Assembly: GCA_964187785.1 (NCBI GenBank) | Contig: OZ076409.1 | Location: forward strand, 72,480,001-72,544,000 | Direction of reading: 5' to 3' | DNA length: 64,000 nt | Source of the DNA: Amphiscolops sp. MND2022 | Lineage: Eukaryota | Shown: positions 38,588 to 52,572 of the stretch, piece after piece | Numbering within the stretch: position 1 is the stretch's first letter | Layout: every line of letters starts with the position of its first letter | Program-made: the position numbers and the translations under genes | The notes under the pieces: generated by a model | The model's database searches: none | Told to the model about the DNA's origin: nothing | What the model saw: only the letters and a program-made list of their open reading frames with translations

Positions 38588-40574
38588 GTGGGCGGGGGTA
38601 ATTCCCCAACAAAAATTACGGCCGGCGGGTTGGGTCCTGCCGGACGTTCAAATAGCGCGAAGCATCTAGTAGAAAACAAGGAGTCCTGAAACAGCGATTT
38701 TAAAATTGAACCGTTAGAATTTGGTTTTAGATTGCATGCGGCCCTAAAATCCCCATACGAATGGAAGTTCCTGCTGGCGTTAAGCGATTGAAATAATATA
38801 TAAAAAGTTATGGCCCATTTTTGGGTCACCGAGAAGGTCAAAACGAAGAAAATTTTAACTAAGTTGCTGATAACTCAAAATGTGTTAATTTTTGGACTTT
38901 GACTGTGAAACAAGCTTGGAACCTTCATTTCGTGGCTGTGGCATTGCACTGAACACAAAAGATGTAAAGTTTTCACATTTTTTGAAAATTCGACATTTTT
39001 GATTTTTTTTTCACTACTATCAGTACACTATATGTCAAAAACACCTCTGAAAAATTTTTTTATTTGCCTAAATTTAGAAACCTCGGTATCCATGGTTTCC
39101 GTCAGTGCCTACTCGCTGCCAAACACTCAACAGTTTGCATCCAATGTGAAAATAAAAATTTTTTCGAGGTCTTAGGTGTTTCACAAGGATTACTCAACTT
39201 AGTATCAATTTACAAATTGGTCATTTTGAACACATTATTTTCATCGAAGCGTGTCATATACCGCCCTAATGCTCACGAACGGGCCTACTGGCAACGTTGG
39301 AACCATTTATAGTAATAAAAAGTTTTAAAAAATTTTTTTCACCCCGTCTTCAGTCATTTTACACACTTTCGGAACTTAACTTAGAAAAATTTCAACCAAA
39401 AACCCATTTTTTGTCAAGTCGAAAATTCAAATTCAGCTTTTTAAGCAAAATAAATAAATCTGACATAACCAGTGGAGCCCATGAAACTCAAAACCACGAT
39501 TGAGACTGGTATCAATGGCTCCAATAACATATGAGTCGCGATAAGACGTTATTTTGAGCAAAACATCTCAATTGAGGTAAACATCTCGCAAGCCAGGGAT
39601 CACTGTGAAATGTGATTTCATCAAAATTTTACTCATTTTTGTAAATCACTATGTGCACAGAATGCGTAGGGTGCGTTTCAGCACTATAATGAGGTTTTTG
39701 AAGGCATCGAGTTGCTCAAAGGATGGTATGAGACATTTTTGTCCCATATACTACTGTATTTTCCAAAATTTTTAGCCCAATATCTGGAAATACAAACTTG
39801 ACAAAATACTGTCAACTACTTTATTCAAAGGTTACAATATAGATGAACACTGTGGTTGATCAGAAACTTTCATCTCTTTCGTTTTCCGAAATATTTCCCT
39901 TCGCATGTGTTACATTTGTAGCAGAAAAAAAAATCGAAACTGAAAAATACGCTATTTTGCTAAAATGGAATCGCAATGATTGTGCCTAAAAACTTTTTAA
40001 ATACTTCTAACGCAACTGTACAGACCCAAAATGATTGAAAATGCCATTCACAATGCTGACATGTGCTCTTTCTACGATCCTAACTGGACAAGTTTTGCAT
40101 ATTTTTCAAGTACCTGTTAACTGAATCTCGTGATAGCCTTTTAAGTTGGCCTTGTGTCAACTTGGGAAGGCTATCACATCAAAAAATTTTCAACAAAAAT
40201 ACCTTTTGTTTATTGGAAATGACAGTCGATATATAATTTCGTGATTCTATACTACCGTTAGTACCTTCCATTAAGTCACCTGACGATTGCATTCAGTCTT
40301 TGATAAATACCTATGAACTCGAAGTCATATTTATAATTTTTGTGCTAATAATAAACATCAAAATTATCCAATTTATTTAAAATTGAGTCTTTAGCGTTTT
40401 TGTTTTACTTTTTCTACTGTTATTAGGCCCATCAACTTCCTACAGCCACGCTCTCTGTCATACCGTACAACGCCACATAGTGTTGCGACGTGCACAGTCT
40501 GTGGGCATGCCGAGGCATGCCCTTCGACGACGTATGCCGAATACCGCGGGCCTACGCCCGCGCTCCCCGGCTAG
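38588..40574 (+). mobile_element. Family A unit (1987 bp)
   Basis: 5' half like the 10918 unit, 3' part like the 14026 unit. Confidence 0.8.
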
Positions 40575-43500
40575 GTGGGCGGGGGTAATTCCCCAACTAA
40601 AAAATCGGCCGGCGGGTAGGGTCCTGCCGGCCGTCCAAAATCAAAAATATACTAGTAGAAAACGGCCGGTCAAACGAGCTATTTTTTTATTTAACCGTTA
40701 GAATTTGGGTTTAGATTGCATGCGGCCATGAAATGGCCATACGAATCGAAGTTCCTGCTGACGTTTTGCGATTGAAACACTTTATAAAAAGTTATGGCCA
40801 ATTTGTCAGTCACCTAGAAGGGCAAAATGAGGAAAATTTTAACAAAGTCGCTGATAACTCAAAATGTGTTATTTTTTGGACTTTGACTGTGAAACAAGCT
40901 TGGAACCTTCATTTCGTGGCTGTGGCATTGCACTGAACGCAAAAGATGTAAAGTTTTTACATTTTTTGAAAATTTGACATTTTTGAAATTTTTTTCACTA
41001 CTATCAGTACCATATATGTCAAAAACACCTCAGAAAAAAAATTTTATTTGCTTTAACTTGGAAACCTTGGTATCCATGGTTTCTGTCGGAACCTACTCGC
41101 AACCAAACAACCAACAGTTTGCATCCAATGTGAAAATAAAAAATTTTTCTGGGTCATAAGCGTTTCACAAGGATTTCTCAACTTAGTATTAATTTACAAA
41201 ATGGTCATTTTGAACACAATATTTTCATCGAGGCTTGTCGGCTATAGCCTTAATGTTCTAGAACGGTCCCACTGGCAACGTAGGAACCATTTATAGTAAT
41301 AGAAAGTTTAAAAAATATATTATCACCCTGTCTTCAGTCATTTTTCTGTCATTCGGAACTTAACTTAGAAAAATTTCGACCAAAATACCCATTTTTTGAC
41401 AGATCGAAAATTCAAATTCAACTTTTTAAGCAAAATTATTAACTCTGACGTAACCAGTGGGGCTCATGATACTCAAAAACACGATTGGGACTGGTACCAA
41501 TGGCTCCAATATCATATGAGCCGCGATAAGACGTTATTTTGAGCAATACGTCTCAATTGAGGGAAACATCTCGCAAGCCTGGGATCACAGTTAAAAGTGA
41601 TTTCGTCAAAAATTTACTCTTTTTCGTCAATCACTATTAACACAGAGTGCGTAGGGTGAGTTTCAGCACTATAATGCGGTTTTTGAAGGAATCGGTCTGC
41701 TCAAGGGGTGGTATGAGACATTTTTTTTTGCATGTAGTACTATATTTCTCAAAACTTTTAGCCCATTATCTCGAAAAGCTCACTTCGCAAATTACTTTCA
41801 GTTACTCTATTCGAAGCTTAGAATATATATGAACACTGTGGTTGATCAGAAACTCTTGACTATTTTGTTTTTGGAAAAAAACTGCCTTGCATGTGTTACA
41901 TTAGTGGCAGGAAAAATACCAGTAGCTCCAAAAATCACAATTTTGGACGGACAGACCTGCAATGATGCAAAGCAAAAACGTTTCAACAACTTCTGGCGCC
42001 ACTTTTTTTACCCAAGAGGTTCGAAATTACTATTAACAATGCTGACATTCGCTATAAATAAGATCGAGGTCAATTTACTAACACTTAGGTTATACATTTA
42101 TATCTGAGAAACCATTCTTTGTCAGGTCGCAATTTTAAATTTAGTTTGAGAAGCAATACTTTTCACTCTGAAGCAAACCGTTGGGCCCAAATTACTCAAA
42201 AACTACAAAATGACTGTCACCATATGCCCTAATAGCATATGAGATTCGACCGTTCGTTTTTAACACAAAAACTCTCATCCGAAGTAAACATGTTGAAAGC
42301 CTTGAATCACCGTGAGAAATGATTTCATCAAAAAATATTCCTTTTTCGTCAATCTTTATCTACACAGAACACGTTGTGTCATTTTCAGCCGTGAAATGAG
42401 CTTCTACCGTAATATGGGTTGCTCAAGGTGTTGTATAAGACAAAAACTTCCTCTTTTCTACTATCTTCTTCAAATATTTCAACCCTTTGTCACAAGAAGT
42501 TAATATTCAAAATCTCTTTGAAATGTTTCTTTAGGTTGGGGTGAAGTGTTAGAACAATAATTATGATCGAAGAATGATAGTATTGGTGTTTGGACCATGT
42601 CCGGATGAACAAATTGCAAAATCATGAAAAATTTCTTACCATTTTTGGTCATTTTGTCAGTACTAAAAATGTTAGCTGAAAAAGAATTTTTTTGATGGCA
42701 CCATTGGATTCCTCTCAAAAAGTTAGCTATATGAACTGTGTAATAACCCCGTATCTTTTCAATTTAAATAATTTTAAAAAGCAAACTTTTTTGACTAAAA
42801 TCCTAAAAATCATACCATTTCCTAAAAAATTTCAAATGCCCCCCATTTGACGTATAAGAATAGCACAGAAAACTATCACATACCGATCGACTCTACTTCC
42901 ATTGTAGATTACCAGAATTTTGTTTAGAACAATTTTTGACGGATGCAAAAAAAATTTAAACCCTCCAAAAAAGGGCCAAAATTACACGAAAAAATTGACC
43001 TTAAAATTTTAAAATGTCGAAAAATCATCAAAACCACAGCTTCTTGGGGTTCTATCAACTCCACGTGGTCCACAGAGTATGTTAAAACAAGTTTTACCCG
43101 TATTTGAGCAATATGTGAAAAAGCCGACTTTTTTGGGAATGAAAAACATACCATTTCCTAAAAAATTTCAAACGCACCCCATTTGACGTATAAGAATAGC
43201 ACAGAAAACTATCACATACCGATCGACTCTACTTCCATTGTAGGTTACCAGAATCTTGTTTAGAACAATTGTTGACGGATGCAAAAAAAAATTAAACCCT
43301 CCAAAAATGGGCCAAAATTACACGAAAAAATTGACCTTAAATTTTTAAAATGTCAAAAAATCATCAAAACCACAGCTTCTTGGGGTTCTATCAACTCCAC
43401 GTGGTCCACAGAGTATGCTAAAACAGGTTTTACCTGTTTCTGAGCTATATGTGAAAAAACCGACATTTTGGGGAAGAAAAACATACCATTTCCTAAAAAA

Positions 43501-45338
43501 TTTCAAATGCACGCCATTTGCCGTATGAGAATAGCACAGAAAACTATCACATACCGATCAACTCTACTTCTATTGTAGATTATCAGATTTTTGTTTAGAA
43601 CAAATTTTTATGGATATAAAAAATTTTTAAACCCTCCAAATATGAGCCAAAATAACACGAAAAAATGGACCCTAAATTTTTAAAATGTCAAAAAATTATC
43701 CAAACCACAGCTTCTTGGGGTTCTATCAGCTCCACGTGGTCCACAGAGTATGCTAAAACAGGTTTTGCCCGTTTTTGAGCAGTATATGAAAAAGCCGACA
43801 TTTTTGGGGAAGAAAAACATACCATTTCCTAAATAATTTCAAATGCAGGCAATTTGCCGTATGAGAGTAGCACAGAAAACTATCACACACCGATCAACTC
43901 TACTTCTTTTGTAGATTATCAGAATTATGTTTAGAGTAAAGTTTTATGGATATGAAAAATTTTTATACCCTCCAAAAATGGGCCAAAATGACACGAAAAA
44001 ATTGACCTCAAATTTTTAAAATGTCAAAAAATTATCCAAACCACAGCGTCTTGGCGTTCTATCAACTCCAAATGACCTTCAGAGTATACCAAACCAGGTA
44101 TTGCCAATCTTTTGAGCAATATTTAAAAACACCGACTATTTGGCAAGAACACCATAATATGTTCCATATAAGAAGTGAATCATTCCACATATATACCCGG
44201 TCTAATATTTCCAAATTAGCGATAACATTTATACATGATGGTTTTTGAAAGTGAGCTTCATAAGAGGTTGAGATGTAATAATACGTAAATGGACCCTAAG
44301 TTTCATTGAAATCTCAATGGAATACGTCCAATCAACTTCAATCCTAACTATTATATAACAAAAAACACTTGAGTACATTCCATCTCCCCATCGGGGGAGA
44401 TGAGAATGTACTTTTCAAAAGCCAAAAACTTCGAATTTTAAATCTTTTGTAACATTGTATGTAACTGTTGAAACGATGAACGAATAAAAATGCTTCTAGT
44501 ACCTTCATCAATTTTTGCTTCAGCTCCTATTTCTGCAGAACAAAACCAAAAGACACACTTACAGCAGTTAAGTTCGATTGTATAACTCAGTGAATAAAGG
44601 TATGACTGAGGAAGTTCACAAGTTGTTTCAAAAGTTTCCGGCCTTCCAAAATCATGAAACGTCCACACAAGCAAGATAGCAAGTGAAAGAATGCTGAATG
44701 CACCTTATTAGATGAGATAAATAATGTGTGGAACTTGCCATTATCTCAAGATGACGTTGATTTTTGATCTTTTAAGGATAGTTCGATATGTGACCACAAT
44801 AGTGGAAAACTTATTACTATTTGAAGAACACCGTGGAAAGCGTTCAGAAAGGACAGTATATTTGTTTCGAGCATGCATGCGTGTGTTCCTTTGGTGACGT
44901 TAGCTTAGTGTACATGACGGAGGTATTCGAGAGATTATGATAGAGTTTACTCACAAGTCTTTGTTTTTTTAAACTTTCTATGCCGTTGAGTACATTCGTA
45001 AGGTACATCCATCCCCTTCTCTGGGAATGTACGTTTGCCAAATGACTGTCATCCAAAATTCGTAATCCGGACGAGTTTAACTACATAAACATGTGATGAG
45101 CGTTTTCAATTCACAACCGAATAACATTTTTTTTCTCGAAAATGATGATGGTTTTGATTTTGATGTCTTCTACTTTTATCATCATGCAAACGACCTTACC
45201 ATGTCTCTCTTCTGTCGTCATTTGTACAACGCCACATAGCGTTCCGACGCCCACCGTCTGTGGGCATGCCGAGGCATGCCCTTCGACGACGTATGCCAAA
45301 TGAGCCATACCCGCACTCTGGAGTGCGGTAGCGGCTAG
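40575..45338 (+). mobile_element. Long A' element (4764 bp)
   Basis: Colinear with 31838-36600 but visibly diverged. Confidence 0.8.
42776..44150 (+). repeat. Internal tandem repeat, ~4 x 335 bp
   Basis: CATACCATTTCCTAAA and GGGTTCTATCA(A/G)CTCCACGTGGTCCACAGAGTATG recur at ~335-bp spacing. Confidence 0.9.
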
Positions 45339-47326
45339 GTGGGCGGGGGTAATTCCCCTTCAAAAAATTCGGCCGGCGGGTTGGGTCCTGCCGGACGTTC
45401 AAATAGTGTGAAACATCCAGTAGGAAACGGCGACATAAATCAGCGATTTTAAAATTTAACCGTTAGAATTCGGACTTGGAGTGCATGCGGCCCCAAAATG
45501 CCCATACGAATCGAAGTTCCTGCTGACGTTAAGCGATAAAAACATTTTATAAAAAGTTATGGCCCATTTTACGTTCACCTATAAGGGTAAAATGAGGAAA
45601 ATTTTTACAAAGTCGCTGATAACTCAAAATACATTAATTTTTGGACTTTGACTGTGAAACAAGCTTAGAACCTTCATTTTGTGGCTGTGGCATTGCACTG
45701 AACACAAAAGATGTAAAGTTTTTACATTTTTTGGAAATTCGACATTTTCGATTTTTTTTCCACTACTATCAGTACACTATATGTCAAAAACACCTCTGAA
45801 AAAAATTATTATTTGCTTAAAATTGGAAACCTTGGTATCCATGGTTTCTGTCGGAACCTACTCGCTGCCAAACACCCAACAGTTTGCATCCAATGTGAAA
45901 AAAAAATTTTTTTCGAGGTCTTAGGTGTTTCACAAGGATTTCTCAACTTAGTTTCAATTTACAAATTGGTCATATTGAACACAATATTTTCATCGAAGCT
46001 TGTCAGATACCGCCCTAATGCTCACTAATGGGCCTACTCGCAACGTTGGAACCGTTTATAGTAATAGAAAGTTTTAAAAAAATATTTTCACCCGGTCTTC
46101 AGTCATTTTTCAGTCATTCGGAATTTAACTTAGAAAAATTTCGACCAAAATACCCATTTTTTGTCAGGTCGAAAAATCAAATTCAGATTTTTAGGCAAAA
46201 TTATTTACTCTGACGTAACTAGTGGGCCCCATGATACTCAAAAACACGATTGGGACCGGTACCAAGGGCTCCAATTTCATATGAGCCGCGATAAGACGTT
46301 ATTTTGAGCAACACGTCTCAATAGAGGTAAACATCTCGCAAGTCTGGGGTCACAGTGAAAAGTAATTTCATCAAGAATTTACTCATTTTTGTCAATCACT
46401 ATGTGCACAGAGTGCGTAGGGTGCGTTTCAGCACTTTAATGAGGTTTTTGAAGGCATCGGTCTGATCAAGGGGTGGTAAGAGACATTTTTTTCCTGTATA
46501 CTACTGTATTTTCCAAATATTTTAGCCAATTATCTGGAAAAACTAACTTGACAAAATACTTTCAATTACTTTATTCAAAGGTTACAATATAGATGAACTC
46601 TGTGGTTGATCAGAAACTCTCAACTATTTTGTTTTCCGGAAAATATCACTTCGCATCTGTTACATTTGTAGCATGAAAAAAAGCAGAATCTAAAAAATAC
46701 GCAATTTTGTTAAGATAGAATCGCGTTGATTGTGCCTATAAAGTTAATAAACACGTCTGACGCCACCATACAGACCCAAAATGATTGAACATGTCAATCA
46801 GAATGCTGACATGTGTTCTATCTACGATCATGGTTGGACAATTTTTGCATTATTTTCAAGTACCTGTTAACTGAATCTTGTGATTGCCTTTTAAGTTGGC
46901 CTTGTGTCAACTTTGGAAGGCTATCACATCAAAAAATTTTCAACAAAAATGCTTTTTGTTTATACAATGTTGTTTTCGATAAACATTTTTGCGATTCTAA
47001 GCTACCGTTAGTACCTTCCATGAGGTCAGCTAACGATAGCATGCAGTCTCTGATAAAAAATTATGAACTTAATTACATTTTTCTAAAATTTTTCTCGGAG
47101 AAAAGTACAAATAAATAAAAACAATATAAAATTCTAATCTCAAACAACTATAAATTGTTTGTTTTTCACCGTAATCAGTTTACGACCCATCACCCTATGT
47201 CACGGCACCGTCATTAGTACAACGCCACATAGTGTTGCGACGTGCACAGTCTGTGGGCATGCCGAGGCATGCCCTTCGACGACGTATGCCGAATACCGCG
47301 GGCCTACGCCCGCGCTCCCCGGCTAG
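45339..47326 (+). mobile_element. Family A unit (1988 bp)
   Basis: Near-identical to 36601-38587. Confidence 0.8.
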
Positions 47327-48598
47327 GTGGTCGTTAGCATGGGATTTTCTTTATGAGCGTAGTCCACTTTTTTTAGGCCGGGGTAGGGTCCCGGGCCGTT
47401 ACCAATTTCTTACGGAGGAAAAATGTGAAAATCTGCGAGTTTAAAAAATTGGCCCGTACGATTTGGCTGAAAATTGGCATACAGCATCGTCTTGGGAAAC
47501 AAATGACTTTGTCCTAGTGTCATTTTGCCCAGAAAATTCAAAAAGTTGGTCAAATTGAAAATTTTTTGACTGTCTAAGGCAAAAATTTGACTTTTTCGCT
47601 TTTTTTGGCCAATTTTCTCAGAATTGGTTGATTTTGGTGCAGTGAGTTATAAGAGGTTATAAGGTCTGCAAGTAGCCATCAATCGGCTTGCATAATCAGA
47701 TTTTGTCAAAAGTGTTTAGTTTTTTCAAAAATTTACACTTTTTTTTATTTCAATGTTTTTTGATACACTTTATTGAATTTTTTCTAAGTTACACTAAATT
47801 TTTTAAAAATGTTTTAAAACACTTTTTTTGATCGTTTTTGATGTTTTTCGCTCTCCCATATAGGTTTTCCTATACGGGGAAACTGAATCTGGCAACGAAA
47901 TAACTTTATTCTGCAGTTCAACTTTCGCCATTTTTAATTGTTGAAAAATCACTCATTTTCAACCTAACGAGTGAAAATATCAGAATTTAAAAACATAAAG
48001 TTGAGTTTAAGGAGACTTACAGGTGGAAACAAATGCTCAGAAACAAATAGATTTCGTGTATTAGCCAAAGAAAGCCTTTAAAATTCTTTTTACTTTCTTT
48101 AAATTAAAATTCAACTATTTTTAAGAAATTTGGCAATGAAAAAAATTTATAATTTTTAAATAAAAAACTTGTTTTGTTGGTCATTTCCGTTTGTCATTAT
48201 TAGCTGTGTAATTCACCAACACGTTTCAAGTTATTTTGACCCAATTTGAAAATTTTTGATACTGCATAATCTATCCGAGAGAACGAAACAGTTGTGTACA
48301 TTCCATCTCCCTCCTGGGGGAGATGAGAATGTACTTGCCAAAGTCCATGTACTACAGACCATATCTATTTTTATGCGACGCCGTCTATACTAGTGCACAT
48401 GAATACAAATTGTTTGTCTGAATTTTACTTCTGACTTGACGTATGCTGTACGTTTGGTACTGACAATACCCATCATATACATAAGCGTCAACGCCACATA
48501 CCCTTACCAACGCCCATAGTCCGTAGGCATGCCGAGGCATGCCTTTCGACGACGCGCGCCAAACACAAGCGCGCCCGCACTTTTGCGGTAGTGGCTAG
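47327..48598 (+). mobile_element. Family F short element (1272 bp)
   Basis: GTGGTCGTTAG head, unique very AT-rich body, GTACATTC hairpin 48296-48334, core tail, CTAG. Confidence 0.75.
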
Positions 48599-50583
48599 GT
48601 GGGCGGGGGTAATTCCCCAACAAAAATTACGGCCGGCGGGTTGGGTCCTGCCGGACGTCAAATAGCAAAGAATATCTAGTAGGAAACGGCGACACAGAAT
48701 CGCGATTTTTAAATCTAACCACAATTTTTTGGACTTGGAGTGCATGCGGCCCTGAAATGCCCATACGAATCGAAGTTCCTGCTGACATTAAGCGATTGAA
48801 ATAATATATAAAAAGTTATGGCCCATTTTTCACTCACAAAGAAGGGTAAAATGAGGAAATTTTTAACAAAGTCGCTGATAACTCAAAATGTGTTAATTTT
48901 TGGACATTGACCGTGAAACAAGCTCGGAACCTTCATTTCGTGGCTGTGGCATTGCACTGAACACAAAAGATGTAAAGTTTTTACATTTTTTGAAAATTCG
49001 AAATTTTTGAAATTTTTTTCACTACTATCAGTACCCCATATGTCAAAAACGCCTCAGAAAAAATTTTTTATTTGCTTTAAATTGGAAACCTTGGTATCCA
49101 TGGTTTCTGTCGGATCCTACTCGCAGTCAAACACCCAACAGTTTGCATCCAATGTGGAAATAAAAATTTTTTCGGGGTCATAAGCGTTTCACAAGGATTT
49201 CTCAACTTAGTTTCAATTTACAAATTGGTCACATTGAACACATTATTTTCATCGAAGCGCGTCAGATACCGCCCTAAAGCTCACGAACGGTCCTACTGGC
49301 AACGTAGCAACCATTTATAGTAATATAAAAGATTAAAGAAATTTTTTCACCCGGTCTTCAGTCATTTTTCAGTCATTCGGAACTTAACTTAGAAAAATTT
49401 CGACCAAAATACCCATTTTTTGTCAGGTCGAAAAATCAAATTCAGGTTTTTAAGCAAAATTATTAACTCTGACGTAACTCATGGGGCCCATGAAACTCAA
49501 AACAACGATTGACACTGGTATCAATGGCTCCAATAACATATGAGTCGCGATCGGACGTTATTTTGAGCAATACGTTTCAATTGAGGTAAAGATCTCGCAA
49601 GCCAGCGATCACTGTCAAATGTGATTTCATCAAAAATTTACTCATTTTTGTCAATCATTTTGTGCACAGAATGCGTAGGGTGCGTTTCAGCACTATAATG
49701 AGATTTTTGAATGCATCGAGTTGCTCAAGGGGTGTTACGAGACATTTTTGTCCCATATACTACTTTATTTTCCAAAATTTTTAGCCCAATATCTGGAAAT
49801 ACAAACTTGACAAAATACTTTCAACTACTTTATTCAAAGGTTACAATATAGATGAACACTGTGGCTGATCAGAAACTTTCATCTCTTTCGTTTTCCGAAA
49901 TATTTTCCTTCGCATGTGTTATATTTGTATCAGAAAAAAAATCGAAACTGAAAAATACGCTATTTTGGTAATATAGAATCGCAATGATTGTGCCTAAAAA
50001 CTCTTTAAACACTTCTAACTCGACCTTACGCACCCAAAATGATCGAAAATGCTATTCACAATGGTGACATGTGCTCTTTCAATGATCCTGGCTGGACAAG
50101 GTTTGCATATTTTTCAAGTACCTGTCAGCTGAATCTTGTGATAGCCTTTTAAGTTGGCCTTGTGTCAACTTGGGAAGGCTATCACATCAAACAACCATCA
50201 ACAAAAATAATTTTTGTTTATTGGATATTACAGTTGATACCTTATTTCGTGATTCTATACTACCGTTAGTATATTCCATGAGGTCACCTTACGATTGCAT
50301 TCAGACTTTGATGAAAACCTATGAACTCAAAGTCACATTTATATATTTTTTGCCCAAAAAAATCATCAAAAACATCTAATATATATAAAATTGAGTCTTT
50401 AACTTTTTTACGTTTCAAGTTTCAGCCGTTATTAGGCCAATCAACTTCCTACAGCCACGCTCTCTGTCATACTGTACAACGCCACATAGTGTTGCGACGT
50501 GCACAGTCTGTGGGCATGCCGAGGCATGCCCTTCGACGACGTATGCCGAATACCGCGGGCCTACGCCCGCGCTCCCCGGCTAG
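48599..50583 (+). mobile_element. Family A unit (1985 bp)
   Basis: Close to the 6948/8933/19968 units. Confidence 0.8.
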
Positions 50584-52572
50584 GTGGGCGGGGGTAATTC
50601 CCCAACAAAAAAATCGGCCGGCGGGTCGGGTCCTGCCGGCCGTCCAAAATCAAAATCCTCCTAGTAGAAAACGGCATGTCAAACGAGCTATTTTTTTATT
50701 TAACCATTAGAATTTCACCATTTTTTGCATGCGGCCCTGAAATGGCCATACGAGACGAAGTTCCTGCTGACGTTTTGCGATGTAAATGTTTTATAAAAAG
50801 TTATGGCCGATTTGTCATTCACCTAGAAGGGTAAAATGAGGAAAATTTTAACAAAGTCGCTGATAACTCAAAATGTGTTAATTTTTGGACTTTGACTGTG
50901 AAACAAGCTTGGAACCTTCATTTCGTGGCTGGGGCATTGGACTGAACACAAAAGATGTAAAGTTTTTACGTTTTTTGAAAATTCGACATTTTTGAAATTT
51001 TTTTCACTACTATCAGTACCCCATATGTCAAAAACACCTCAGAAAAAAATTTTTATTTGCTTTAAATTGGAAACCTTGGTATCCATGGTTTCTGTCGGAA
51101 CCTACTCGCAGCCAAACACCCAACAGTTTGCATCCAATGTGAAAATAAAAATTTTTTCGGGGACATAAGCGTTTCACAAGGTTTTCATGTTTTAGTATTA
51201 AATTACATAGTGGTCATTTTAAACATAAAATTTTGGTCCAGGTATGTCGGATATAGTCTGAATGCTCACGAACGGTCCTACTGGCAACGTAGGAACCATT
51301 TATAGTAATGAAAAGTAATAAAAAAATTTTTTAACCGGTCTTCAGTCATTTTTCAGACATTCGGAACTTAACTTAGAAAATTTTCGAACCAAATACCTAT
51401 TTTTTGTCAGGTCGAAAATTGAAATTCAGCTATTAAAGCAAAATTTTTTACTCTGACGTAACCAGTGGGGTCCATGATACTCAAAAATACGATTGGGACT
51501 GGTACCAATGGCTCCTATATCATATGAGCCGCGATAAGACGTTATTTTGAGCAATACGTCTCAATTGAGGTAAACATCTTGCAAGCCTGGGATCACAGTG
51601 AAATGTAATTTCATCAAAAAATTACTCATTTTCGTCAATCACTATGTGCAGAGAGTGGGTAGGGTGAGTTCCAACACTATAATGAGGTTTTTGAAGGCAT
51701 AGGGTTGCTCAAGGGGTGGTATGAGTCATTACTTTCCTCTATACAACTGTATTTTCAAAAACTTTTAGCCCATTATCTGGAAAAATTAACTTGACAAAAT
51801 ACTTTCAATTAATTTATTCAAAGGTTACAATATAGATGAACACTGTGGTTGATCAGAAACTTTCATCTCTTTCGTTTTCCGAAATAACTCCTTTCAAATG
51901 TGTTACATTTGTAGCAGGAAAAAAAACTGAAACTAAAAAATACGCGATTTTGCTGAGATAGAATCGCAATGGTTGCGCCTAAAATCTCTTTAAATACTTC
52001 TAACGCGACCTTACGGACCCAAAATGATTGAAAATGCCATTCACAATGCTGACATCTGCTCTTTCTACGATCCTGGCTGGACAAGTTTTGCATTTTTTTC
52101 AAGTACCTGTTAACTGAACATTGTGATAGCCTTTCAAGTTGGCCTTGTGTCAACTTGGGAAGGCTGTCACATCAAAAAACTGTCAACAAAAATACTCTTT
52201 GTTTATAGGATAATGCTGTCGATGCTTCACTTCGTGATTCGATCATGTCGTGAGTTCCTTCCATCAGGTCAGCTAACATTTGGATTCAGTGTTGGATAAG
52301 AACCTATGATTTTCATGACAATTTTAGTTCTTTTTTGTCAACAAAAAGTACAAATAAATGATATAAAACATATTTGTAACCTTTAGGAAGTTTAACTTTA
52401 CCTTTATTTACCGTTGCCATCGCCACCCACCCCCTACGACCTCGCAGTGTCCTCATTACAACGCCACATAGTGTAGCGACGCCCACAGTCTGTGGGCATG
52501 CCGAGGCATGCCCTTCGACGACGTATGCCAAATATAGCGTTAGCCCGCGGTCACTACCGCGGTAGCAGCTAG
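50584..52572 (+). mobile_element. Family A unit (1989 bp)
   Basis: Head like the 2965 unit, 3' body like the 17983 unit. Confidence 0.8.
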
